From positions 1 to 64,000 of IMG/VR virus record IMGVR_UViG_3300035663_000003: a stretch of DNA of 64,000 nucleotides. One strand, written 5' to 3'. The notes under the pieces were generated by a model that did no database searches, had not been told where the DNA came from, and saw nothing but the letters and a program-made list of their open reading frames with translations. Source of the DNA: a virus. Below, one piece after another: positions 55,873-64,000 of the stretch (its first letter is position 1; each line of letters begins with the position of its first letter). Position numbers and translations under genes: made by a program.

Positions 55873-56216
55873 GCTACTTTCTCCTTATAGTATGGCGAAA
55901 AGTACAAGCCATAACTGTCACTGTCTGTTGGTTTTTCTTTGTTGTTTAGCTTGATCTTTACATAGCTAAGTCCAAACCCTCCGCACCAACCGTAAGGACG
56001 ATCTTCTAAAGAGCAAAGCGTGTACCAAGCTATGTCTGTCTTTTCCATGATTGCCAGTCTAGCTTTCTTGATTCCAGCTTGTCCTGGGAACAGAAAGACT
56101 CTCATCGTTTCTGTGAGTCTGCCCCAGAGAGTTCCTGTTCCTTTCTTAGATGTCCAGAGGGTTGTTACCGGAACGAGTTCATCTTGTGGAAAGATGCCGT
56201 GGTTTACTGGAAGCAT
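55869..56216 (-). CDS. Hypothetical beta-rich protein
   Basis: 115 aa with AAGGA RBS. Confidence 0.55.
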   Translation of the reverse strand: MLPVNHGIFPQDELVPVTTLWTSKKGTGTLWGRLTETMRVFLFPGQAGIKKARLAIMEKTDIAWYTLCSLEDRPYGWCGGFGLSYVKIKLNNKEKPTDSDSYGLYFSPYYKEKVA

Positions 56217-58009
56217 TTGGATTTCCTTTTTGATAAGCTAGGGGTTTGAGTTTTGGCAAATCGAATTGCCCATCTTAAAGATGCAGCGTCATCAGTCTGG
56301 CTTACGTTTAAGTCTTTCATCATGTTCCAAGGTATAGCAGGTCGTATAAGCCTTGCTTCTTCTAAGTGTTTATCTTTTTCTTTATCTAGCTCTTGCTTAA
56401 ACTCTCTCCATTCTGTCACTTTTTGAGTTACTAAGATCCAGTACATTTGATCTTCTTCGCTACGCTTTTCTTCTAAGCTTGCATATTCCAGCATGTCTTC
56501 AATAAGATCTGCCATCTTCCTAGCATCATAACTAGCTACAGTTCTAAGCTTAATAATCCGGTCTTTGATTCCCCAAGCTGCGGGAATAGAATCTTTGTGC
56601 AAGCTAAGGATACCTACATACTCGTTTTTGATTCTTTTCATTTCAAGCTCATGCTCTTTAAACTCCCAGTCCATTTCTTCCCTGTCTCGTTCACTCATCT
56701 CAAGCTCGGTTCTTCTAAGAAGAAAGTCATGTCTTTGTTCCCAGAGATCTAGCCTTTGGTGCAGGTTAAAGAGATGTTCTAATGCTTTGTTTACGTTGGT
56801 GCTTATTTGTACTGGCTTCCAATCGTAGTTTTCCTTTTCTGTAGGAGTCCATTTCTCTTGCCGTTCAAACTCAGTAAGTCCTGTCTTAAGATGTTTAGGA
56901 AGACTCTCTGCATCTCTTCTACCATCATGAGCTTCAAGCCAAGTTGCAGGCCCGTGAGCTTCAAAAGGTATGTAGCTGCTAGTTCCCGCTGGAACGAAAG
57001 TGTCTTTGATCCAGTAGCCGAAAGTACAGAAGTCTCGGTGTACCATATCTCTATCTTCTGTATCCATCTTGACGTGTTGTTTACGCAGGCTTCGAGTCAT
57101 GGGATTGTCATTGGTATTTCCGATTACTTTTAGTTTGCCTTCTTCTTCAAGTGTTCCGTTGTACATCTTGAAGATAGTAGTCTCTGAAAGAAAGGATAAG
57201 ATGCTATCTCGTAAAGCGTTTGGTCCAGGTAGTGCGGTGGACATTACACTGTCGCCAAGATCTCCGTCTGCTACAAGCCACTCTAAGTAAGCTCGTGGTA
57301 CTAACTCATAAGGCCAGTTGGCAATCCCTGCCATTACGCTTGTATCTCTTGGCATGTAATCTAAGCATTGCTTAAGAGTGAAAGAAACTTCTCCAAGCTC
57401 TGTGGTATAGAAAGACTCTACGGTTGATACAGCGTTGCCTGCTACAGCATCTGCAAGACTTTTAAAGAGAGGTGTCTGGTTAGCAGTTAGTTTGTAACGA
57501 GGGGTTCTTCCTTCCCTGACATAGGGTAAGCAGTCAATAGGTCTACAATAGCTTGTGATATCTTTTTCGTATTCTTCTCCGAAAGGGTTTATGATAGTTG
57601 CATGGCGGGTATCTAGAAGGTATGCGTATGGTGTTCTAGAGATGTCATAAACTTTGCCCATGTTAAACCAAGTCTTACCACCCCAAGTGTTTGGCATGGT
57701 TTTAAAGAGCCGGTACATATTCTGCTGTGCTCTTTTATCATACGACTGCATTATTACAGATCCGTTTCTTCTTTCTACATGCACACCTTTGACAGTTATC
57801 ATTGGGCTTTCGTTGGTGGGATTAAGAACAATGACAGTTAGCATACGGCTAGGAAGAAGTGTTGCAGCCTTGTGTCTGTAATCCCAGCTTACGATTAAGG
57901 TGTCATCTTTTGTTAGAGGTGTTCCTATTGGAGCTAGCCTATAGTTTTTTAGCCGATGCAGCAGCTTATCGTCTTGTTCAATTGCGGATGGATGAACTAG
58001 TGTTGCCAT
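56204..58009 (-). CDS. Large early hypothetical protein with C-terminal coiled coils
   Basis: AAGGAG RBS before MATLVHP. No recognised motif. Confidence 0.65.
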   Translation of the reverse strand: MATLVHPSAIEQDDKLLHRLKNYRLAPIGTPLTKDDTLIVSWDYRHKAATLLPSRMLTVIVLNPTNESPMITVKGVHVERRNGSVIMQSYDKRAQQNMYRLFKTMPNTWGGKTWFNMGKVYDISRTPYAYLLDTRHATIINPFGEEYEKDITSYCRPIDCLPYVREGRTPRYKLTANQTPLFKSLADAVAGNAVSTVESFYTTELGEVSFTLKQCLDYMPRDTSVMAGIANWPYELVPRAYLEWLVADGDLGDSVMSTALPGPNALRDSILSFLSETTIFKMYNGTLEEEGKLKVIGNTNDNPMTRSLRKQHVKMDTEDRDMVHRDFCTFGYWIKDTFVPAGTSSYIPFEAHGPATWLEAHDGRRDAESLPKHLKTGLTEFERQEKWTPTEKENYDWKPVQISTNVNKALEHLFNLHQRLDLWEQRHDFLLRRTELEMSERDREEMDWEFKEHELEMKRIKNEYVGILSLHKDSIPAAWGIKDRIIKLRTVASYDARKMADLIEDMLEYASLEEKRSEEDQMYWILVTQKVTEWREFKQELDKEKDKHLEEARLIRPAIPWNMMKDLNVSQTDDAASLRWAIRFAKTQTPSLSKRKSKCFQ

Positions 58010-58228
58010 CGTATGCTCCTTTTGTGTTAAGTATTTAGCGGTTTTTAATATGAGAAACCCTAATCCAAACAGAAACCTTTCAAAAAAATGCACCAATCTA
58101 GTAGGGTGTGATTGCTCACTACTACTAGAAAGGTGCTGTCTATATTCACTTGCCCACATGAAAAAAAGAAGCTCTCTAATTCATCCTTTGCAGGAATCAC
58201 TAGAGAGCTATCTTTGGGCGATCAAATA

Positions 58229-58759
58229 CTAGAACGGTAAGTCTTCGTCTGGCATTTCATTACTGTTCATTGCTGGTACGACTGGCTTGGTTTTGCTAGT
58301 GCTGTATGTCGCAATGGACATGTAAAGATCGGGTTGGTTGCTTACGATGGCATTGGTTCTACCATCTGCAATTGCCCTGTTTACTTGGTCTTGTTTCTGC
58401 TGAAGGCTATTGGCTCTGATAACAATCTCAGAGCTTTGTCCGTTGATCATTGCAATCCCTTTAAGGACTGGTGATACAAGGCCTTCTTTGTTTTTGATTT
58501 CGGTTTCCTTTAAGTGGCACAATACTTCTGCTGCACTAAAGGGTGCGTCAACAGTGTGTGCTATGTAAAGGGTGAAGCCTTCATCTTGTTTGGCAATGTG
58601 TAAGGTTTTGCCTTCTAGCTCAGGTGGTGTGGTTTTGGAAGGTGTTAGCGTGTTACCAGTGGTAAAGCTGTCTCGCCTTTTCCAAAACCTTCCTCCGATT
58701 TTAGAGTCACGGATTTGGGCTGCACTATTTGCGGTTACAAATGCTTCAAAGTTGCTCAT
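58229..58759 (-). CDS. Putative ssDNA-binding protein with SSB-type acidic tail
   Basis: Beta-rich body and C-terminus EMPDEDLPF. Confidence 0.5.
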   Translation of the reverse strand: MSNFEAFVTANSAAQIRDSKIGGRFWKRRDSFTTGNTLTPSKTTPPELEGKTLHIAKQDEGFTLYIAHTVDAPFSAAEVLCHLKETEIKNKEGLVSPVLKGIAMINGQSSEIVIRANSLQQKQDQVNRAIADGRTNAIVSNQPDLYMSIATYSTSKTKPVVPAMNSNEMPDEDLPF

Positions 58760-58867
58760 ATCAATCTCCTAGAATGTTTGGTGTTTGGGTTAGTCATACA
58801 GTGTGAGAGAAGAAGCGAAGGTTTAGCTTGCACTTCTTCTCTCGTTCCTCAGTGCTCGTAGTGGGGA

Positions 58868-59293
58868 TTAATTCACTACGCTGATTTGGGAAGGATCAGT
58901 TACTTTGATTTCGGGTTTGGATTTGCCGTCCTTACCTTTCCACTCTTGTACAAATCCTTTTACGCTAATGGTTTTGCCTTGAAGGCTAGCGTAATTTAAG
59001 TTAGGGCAGCGAGTTCTATCGATGTATATAGTAAGACTTGCAGCTTTGTAGTCTGCTGTGTCATTAAGCACTGTAGATTTAGGTGCTTTAGTCTTACCAT
59101 CGATGAAATCTTTGCCGGAAAGTACGGTCATCTTAACTGTGTTTTCCTTGTGCATTCCGCTTGTTACGGCTTGCTGGGGAGACACGGTTGCGTGAGCGTT
59201 GTAGTAATAGCCACCACCTAAAGCACCTGCTACAAGTGCTGCGGTGATTCGTTGCTTGAGGCTAGACTTTACGATTACTTCTTTGATATCCAT
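58868..59293 (-). CDS. Membrane-anchored OB-fold protein
   Basis: N-terminal TM, then LN...DYK, LTIYI, GKTISVKG.V and KPEIKVTDPSQI.VV. Confidence 0.65.
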   Translation of the reverse strand: MDIKEVIVKSSLKQRITAALVAGALGGGYYYNAHATVSPQQAVTSGMHKENTVKMTVLSGKDFIDGKTKAPKSTVLNDTADYKAASLTIYIDRTRCPNLNYASLQGKTISVKGFVQEWKGKDGKSKPEIKVTDPSQISVVN

Positions 59294-59322
59294 TGTTATG
59301 ATCCTTTGTTGTTGTTGTTGTG

Positions 59323-59517
59323 TTAAGAAACCGTCTTAACTTCGGTGGGTTCTTCTGGCTTCGACGGTGAAGTCAAAAGTTCTTTTGCTTTTTTGCATAC
59401 AAATTCGATGAGCATAAATACTGCGGGAGTAATGCTCACGTCTAATTTGCCGAACTCACGGGAAACTTTGATGCTTCCGGGTATGAGTCCGATTGCTAGG
59501 ATTTCTATCCAGCCCAT
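59323..59517 (-). CDS. Small hypothetical protein
   Basis: AAGGAGG RBS before MGWIEIL. Confidence 0.5.
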   Translation of the reverse strand: MGWIEILAIGLIPGSIKVSREFGKLDVSITPAVFMLIEFVCKKAKELLTSPSKPEEPTEVKTVS

Positions 59518-59726
59518 TGGTATCCTCCTTGTTGCCAAAATTGTCGGGCAACTTTGGGTTTACGTTCTAAGGTTTGTATAACGTCTTCTTCGCCTATTCG
59601 ATCTGGTGTTCCTTGATCTCTTAGGTGTTGAAGTTTGATCAGCTTGCGTCTTAGTTTTGCTAAGAGCGGTGATCGTTTATGTGCCTTCGTTGGCACGGTT
59701 TCGATGATGCGAATCCTTACGCTCAT
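59505..59726 (-). CDS. Small basic protein
   Basis: AAAGGAG RBS. Confidence 0.5.
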   Translation of the reverse strand: MSVRIRIIETVPTKAHKRSPLLAKLRRKLIKLQHLRDQGTPDRIGEEDVIQTLERKPKVARQFWQQGGYQWAG

Positions 59727-59858
59727 GTCTGCAATCTCCTTTCAATGCTAGAGTGTGGGCTTGAACACGCATGTGTCCACGAAGCCCCAAACCAAAACCG
59801 GAACCCATGACGAAACCCCAAACCAAAAGGGGAAAAACGAAAATGGAAAACCGTGGGC

Positions 59859-59898
59859 AAAAAGAAACCCCACACCACCTCAAGGGTGATGCAGGGTT
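59859..59898 (-). terminator. Intrinsic terminator
   Basis: Minus strand AACCCTGCATCACC-CTTGA-GGTGGTGTGGGGTT-TCTTTTT. Confidence 0.75.
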
Positions 59899-59915
59899 AA
59901 TGGTTGATAGGAGTC

Positions 59916-60191
59916 TTATTCGTAGTAGGGGTCTAATTTATTTGTTAAGTTTCGTAGCGGTGTGAGGTAATGTTCGCAGTCCATTATGATTCCTCTAAAA
60001 CTCAGTAGATACTTCTTACCTGTTTCGTCTGCCATTAAGATTGAATCCGTCCTATGTTTAGGATCTGGCATTACGTTGTAAGGTATCAACATTAATCTAA
60101 CAGGGTCTTCCGTATATTTTTTGACAGGGAAGTTATAAAAATATAGAGACACTGCTGCGGTTATTAGCACTGCTTTTAAGGTAAAACTCAT
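59916..60191 (-). CDS. Exported/TM-anchored hypothetical protein
   Basis: N-terminal hydrophobic helix. AAGGAGG RBS. Confidence 0.55.
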   Translation of the reverse strand: MSFTLKAVLITAAVSLYFYNFPVKKYTEDPVRLMLIPYNVMPDPKHRTDSILMADETGKKYLLSFRGIIMDCEHYLTPLRNLTNKLDPYYE

Positions 60192-60203
60192 GAAGCCTCC
60201 TTA

Positions 60204-60374
60204 TTAGCATCTACTAAGGGTGTACCCTAGTGTGCATAAGTTTAGAGTGAATGTAGATAGTAACGCTGCCATCATAGAACCTTCTGTGTAGTTGTTAGCT
60301 ACGTAGAAGTCTGCTATGCCGAAGAAGGTAAAGAACGTGATTGGAATCATAAGCAAGCTTAGAACTTTATACAT
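60204..60374 (-). CDS. Small two-TM protein
   Basis: AAAGGA RBS before MYKVLSLL. Confidence 0.5.
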   Translation of the reverse strand: MYKVLSLLMIPITFFTFFGIADFYVANNYTEGSMMAALLSTFTLNLCTLGYTLSRC

Positions 60375-60376
60375 AG

Positions 60377-60715
60377 TTAGTTTCCTTTGTTGGTTGATAT
60401 GGCATAGACTTCCCACTCGTTATCTCTACATAGATACCATTTGTACGGATCTCTAAGAAACGTTGGTATGTTTGATTCGGATATATCTGTGGGGTGCATA
60501 GGCCAGAGTTGTTTTACTTTTACGTTTGCACGACGGATTTTTCTTTCCATCTTTGCAGATTCTTCTAACTGATCCCAAACTTCTTTGGTGCTTGGAACTC
60601 TTTGTGTTATGTATAAGCAAGAATCAGTTAGGTTTTCATCGGGTTTACTGCAACCGGAGACAAATAGTATGCCTCCGGTGAGTAGTAGAAATAACTTTGC
60701 TTTTAGATTAGGCAT
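60377..60715 (-). CDS. Lipoprotein
   Basis: Basic N-terminus, hydrophobic stretch and VSG-C lipobox. Confidence 0.65.
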   Translation of the reverse strand: MPNLKAKLFLLLTGGILFVSGCSKPDENLTDSCLYITQRVPSTKEVWDQLEESAKMERKIRRANVKVKQLWPMHPTDISESNIPTFLRDPYKWYLCRDNEWEVYAISTNKGN

Positions 60716-60805
60716 AGTAATTTATATCCTAATAGTATGCAGGTTCCAAAGAGTATGAAACCTGACAGTATGATTGCAAAGAATTGGAACGCTTCTTGTG
60801 TTGTA

Positions 60806-61312
60806 CTAATCACGTATGAACTCCTTTATTTTTTGGGGTTTATACTCTTCTGATTCTAAGGACAAATCAAATCTGAATACCCTTCCGATCTTATCTACAA
60901 AGAGAAGGTATTTTCCTTCCTTGTATTTACGATCAATATTAATCCGTGAGATGTCCATTTGATCCATGAACCATATCTCATCAGTTATGATCTCTGGGTT
61001 GTCACACCAGATCTCTTGGCACTCAGCATTTGGCATACCCATGCAGTGGCAGTGTTCTACTTTGCACTCTTTTTCTTCTGCAACTCTGCCTGAGCAGCAT
61101 CGTTGTAGATCAAGTTCTGCGAGTCTATTTTTGACTCGTTCTTTTCCTTCGTAGTAGTCTGCCATTTCATCCATTTGCAGTTCATATACCATTGCCTCCG
61201 CTGTTTCGTTTGCACAAAACACATTGGCGATTAGTATAAGACATACTTGGAAGCCTACGAGGACTACCAGTTTTTGACGAAAGTTAACGCTGTTGTTGGA
61301 ACTAAATAACAT
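60806..61312 (-). CDS. Exported Cys-rich hypothetical protein
   Basis: TM/signal followed by CC, C..HCHC and C...WC. Confidence 0.55.
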   Translation of the reverse strand: MLFSSNNSVNFRQKLVVLVGFQVCLILIANVFCANETAEAMVYELQMDEMADYYEGKERVKNRLAELDLQRCCSGRVAEEKECKVEHCHCMGMPNAECQEIWCDNPEIITDEIWFMDQMDISRINIDRKYKEGKYLLFVDKIGRVFRFDLSLESEEYKPQKIKEFIRD

Positions 61313-61490
61313 TGCAAATCTCCTTTGTAGTTTTCATTTGATTCTGACCTTCTGATTGGACAACAAGTCCTTCCAGAAATAATGCGTACTCATCACTTGT
61401 GAGTACCTTGAATCGCTCACTGGTGCTGACATCAATCAACACTGTGCTCTGCACCCTGACATCTCTGACGGGGCACTTTCTACGTGGCAT
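61302..61490 (-). CDS. Small hypothetical protein
   Basis: AAGGAGG RBS before MPRRKCP. Confidence 0.55.
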   Translation of the reverse strand: MPRRKCPVRDVRVQSTVLIDVSTSERFKVLTSDEYALFLEGLVVQSEGQNQMKTTKEICNVI

Positions 61491-61841
61491 AACTACCTCC
61501 TTTACAAGAACTGGAAACGAAAAAGGGCAGTACGCATCGACGTAAAGCCCCACACCGAAACCGCCACACACGGAAAAACAGCGTAAAAGATGTGATAAAG
61601 TAGGTAATTTAGGAAATGAAGTTAGTTCCCCATAACCTTTTCCCCACCATCTTGTTACATTAAGGACATTGAGATCCTTTTATACTGTCTTCTTTTTCCG
61701 CTAGAAGTCCGTGGTGGTTTGCCAAAGGTTGGAAACCCCACACCAAGACAGGGGGTAACAGCGACTAGCGTTTGCCAATTGCCCGCAGGAGGAACGACTG
61801 CGTACGAATCCAGAGCGAGCGTAGCGAGGACAGGGTTTTCT

Positions 61842-61877
61842 AAAAAAGAAACCCCTACCCTTTCGGGTAGAGGCTTT
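61842..61877 (-). terminator. Intrinsic terminator
   Basis: Minus strand AAGCCTCTACCC-GAAA-GGGTAGGGGTTT-CTTTTTT. Confidence 0.8.
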
Positions 61878-61881
61878 TGGT

Positions 61882-62427
61882 TTACACGGAAGCAAGCTCG
61901 ATACTGTCTTCGACTTTAGCTCTTGCTCCTCTTCGGGGTGAAGCAGGCTTCTTGAGTTCAGCAACTTGCTTTTGTAGGTCGCTAACCATGCCTACTAAGC
62001 TTTGTAGGATAGCTTGGTGAGAGTCAAGTTTTTCAGCTTGACGATCCATGGTATTCAACTGTGCTTCCATAGCCTTGTCTAGCAAGTTGATGGCTACCAA
62101 GTGCCCCTTGACATGCTCCAAGATCTCGCCCGCAACCTTGTTTGTCTGCGGTGCTAGTGTAGCAGGAGCTGGTGTAGGTGTTGGTGCAGGGGCTTCGATG
62201 CCTACAGCTTCGCAAAACATATCCCATATGTCTTTGTTGATTGCGAACCTGCCTCTTCCTACTGTTGCAAGAAAGATTCCTTTGTCTGCATCAGATAAGC
62301 TTGGAAAGATCTCCTTGATAGTTCCAGCAAGCTTTTTCATAGCAGGGCCCTTGCCCCCGAGCTTGTACCCTTCATTAATCTGATAGGTAGTTAGTTCGTT
62401 AATAAGTCCTTGTACGTTAGTCAACAT
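61882..62427 (-). CDS. Early protein with Pro/Ala/Thr linker and coiled coil
   Basis: AAGGAG RBS before MLTNVQG. APAPTPTPAPA linker. Confidence 0.6.
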   Translation of the reverse strand: MLTNVQGLINELTTYQINEGYKLGGKGPAMKKLAGTIKEIFPSLSDADKGIFLATVGRGRFAINKDIWDMFCEAVGIEAPAPTPTPAPATLAPQTNKVAGEILEHVKGHLVAINLLDKAMEAQLNTMDRQAEKLDSHQAILQSLVGMVSDLQKQVAELKKPASPRRGARAKVEDSIELASV

Positions 62428-62607
62428 GCGAATACTCCTTAGATAGGATGAGTTATAGGATCTTACGCACAACAGCGTGGTAGTATCCCCACACCACTAC
62501 CGGCACGGTTACTTGAAGTACCACTAACAGCATTGGCTTACCTCCTGAGGGAGCGAGCGACAGGGAGCGGATAATATAAAGTGGGCACGAAGTGCGACAG
62601 GGTTTTT

Positions 62608-62645
62608 AAAAAAAATCCCCATCACCCTTGAGGGTGAAGAGGATT
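62608..62645 (-). terminator. Intrinsic terminator
   Basis: Minus strand AATCCTCTTCACCC-TCAA-GGGTGATGGGGATT followed by a T-run. Confidence 0.75.
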
Positions 62646-62861
62646 AGGAAGGTATTTTTTCCAGTATTCAATACTGGCTCGTTCATATTCTCTGCCATCT
62701 CCGGTATAGAGAACGAGATCGAAGCGGGGCTCGATTCCTTTTATGCGATTGCAGTAGTCTTCCACATAGGCTACTGCTTCGTTGTATTCACCCACTCCGT
62801 AAGGAGTGGGATAGTCTTCTACTAGTAAATCTGTGTGGAAACGGGCTATGTAGATGCCCAT
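62622..62861 (-). CDS. Hypothetical protein
   Basis: 79-aa ORF within the operon. Confidence 0.5.
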   Translation of the reverse strand: MGIYIARFHTDLLVEDYPTPYGVGEYNEAVAYVEDYCNRIKGIEPRFDLVLYTGDGREYERASIEYWKKYLPNPLHPQG

Positions 62862-62862
62862 A

Positions 62863-63099
62863 TTATGCCCCTTTCTTTGGTGGACTCCAGTGACGGAGAT
62901 CCTCTAGTTTCATGTTGTGATGATCGAGGAATTTTACTAAGTCACGGAGAGTGAAGTACCCTCCGTGATATTCATCATCATTAGACCGTGCGGCCTCTTC
63001 ACGTGCTTGCATCTCGAATGGATGCAAGCAGATGAAGTTAAGATCAAGGTCTAACTCGTAATGCGAGCCTGCCCTTACGGGCTTGTACAAATTGAACAT
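62863..63099 (-). CDS. Hypothetical protein
   Basis: 78-aa ORF with TAATG coupling. Confidence 0.5.
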   Translation of the reverse strand: MFNLYKPVRAGSHYELDLDLNFICLHPFEMQAREEAARSNDDEYHGGYFTLRDLVKFLDHHNMKLEDLRHWSPPKKGA

Positions 63100-63440
63100 T
63101 AGATATTCCTTTCTGTTATGAATAACTCAGTAGTCTCGAACACTGGCTTCTCACCAAGAGGAGCCCTGTTAACATTGTTAAACACGCCGACAGAGAATCC
63201 GTACTTAAAGCAAGTCAGGGCTGCTTGAGCGTGAACGACCACGACTCCTCTAAAATCGGCAGCGATAAATTCTTTCGGGTTAATAGTGAACCCGTCCCGA
63301 TCACCAACATGAACAAGCTCAATTCCTTTTTCCAAGGCCAAGCGAACTTGGCTTTCGGTTGGAATGTGACGGGAAATGAAAGCGAATTTTTCTAGCACGA
63401 TAGATACTCCTTGATAAGTAGATAATTGAATAGAAGCCAT
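63099..63440 (-). CDS. Conserved phage hypothetical protein
   Basis: FAFISRH.PT..Q..LA, VGD.D.F, GVVVVH and GVF.N.NR. Confidence 0.6.
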   Translation of the reverse strand: MASIQLSTYQGVSIVLEKFAFISRHIPTESQVRLALEKGIELVHVGDRDGFTINPKEFIAADFRGVVVVHAQAALTCFKYGFSVGVFNNVNRAPLGEKPVFETTELFITERNI

Positions 63441-63608
63441 ATGCCTCTATTCCCCACACCACTACCGCTACCATGCTAGAGAGACTACTACTGTCCGTGT
63501 GTTTTGCTTGGTTGGACTGAGCGAGGCTTCCGAGCGAAGGCCTTGTTCCGAGCCAAAGACTATCCCGCGAAGCCTTGCGAGGAGATTAGAAGTGAGAGAG
63601 ACTATCTG

Positions 63609-64000
63609 CTACTTAGTAGCAGTAACCTTCTTGTAGGTCTTAAGGATACTCAAGTAGGTGTTGAAGTATTCCTTACGATCCATTAGCCAATCCGTGACGA
63701 TTGGGTTTTCTCTACCTACGAAGGAGTGGTTGTTAACTACGTGCGCTATTGCAATAGCAACACGAACAGGAGTTCTGCTGAGTTTGACCCCGTCTTGCTC
63801 AACCAGTCCCCATGCTGCGAATTTATCACACAGGGTGTTGAAGTGTTCTTTCATACCCTTGGCGATCCATTCGTGGCCTTTCTGGGTGATGCTGTCCTTA
63901 GCATTTCTAAGTCCGGTGTTGCGAGTCTCTGGTGTGCGACCACACGCACCTTGAACACGCATCATCTTGGAGACATACCTAGCAACCATCTCAAGCTGTG
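63609..64000 (-). CDS. Hypothetical protein (5'-partial)
   Basis: Frame is open to the window edge. Confidence 0.5.
   Translation of the reverse strand, partial: QLEMVARYVSKMMRVQGACGRTPETRNTGLRNAKDSITQKGHEWIAKGMKEHFNTLCDKFAAWGLVEQDGVKLSRTPVRVAIAIAHVVNNHSFVGRENPIVTDWLMDRKEYFNTYLSILKTYKKVTATK

Larger units (their letters stand above)
1..64000. mobile_element. Temperate tailed bacteriophage genome segment (excised/virion configuration)
   Basis: Tail fibres, terminases, integrase, excisionase, PolA, primase and RNR are all present. attP is intact with phage genes on both sides, and there is no host housekeeping synteny. Confidence 0.95.

Noticed and set aside
1-64000. Stop-codon reassignment
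   Set aside because: Long genes are intact under the standard code, and TAA, TAG and TGA all end genes.

Overview
The window is a 64-kb piece of one AT-rich, temperate tailed dsDNA phage, apparently in its excised or virion form. No host chromosomal genes, rRNA, intact tRNA or CRISPR array were seen. Layout: (1) 1-17.5 kb, + strand: tail-fibre/adhesin genes, giant Tyr-rich proteins, a glycosyltransferase-like gene and a membrane/peptidase (lysis-position) module. (2) 17.5-30.4 kb, - strand: tyrosine integrase, a complete attP whose core is the 3' half of tRNA-Arg(TCT) flanked by 3+2 arm repeats, a GATase/amidoligase pair, Cas4-like nuclease, excisionase, a Ycf46-AAA/DUF2997/DUF1257/DUF3150-like cluster, a mirror-symmetric 12-iteron origin-like element, YqaJ exonuclease and an RHH regulator. 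(3) 30.5-45.4 kb, + strand: annealase, SSB, primase-helicase, PolA, class II RNR, dUTPase, RuvC, RimI-like GNAT, terminases and PhoH. (4) 45.5-64 kb, - strand: many small early genes including a C5-methyltransferase near a 2OG-Fe(II) dioxygenase, with repeated GGT(G/T)TGGGG and GACAGGG intergenic motifs. Several protein styles suggest a Planctomycetota host (inference only). All family assignments come from reading motifs by eye, not from database searches.
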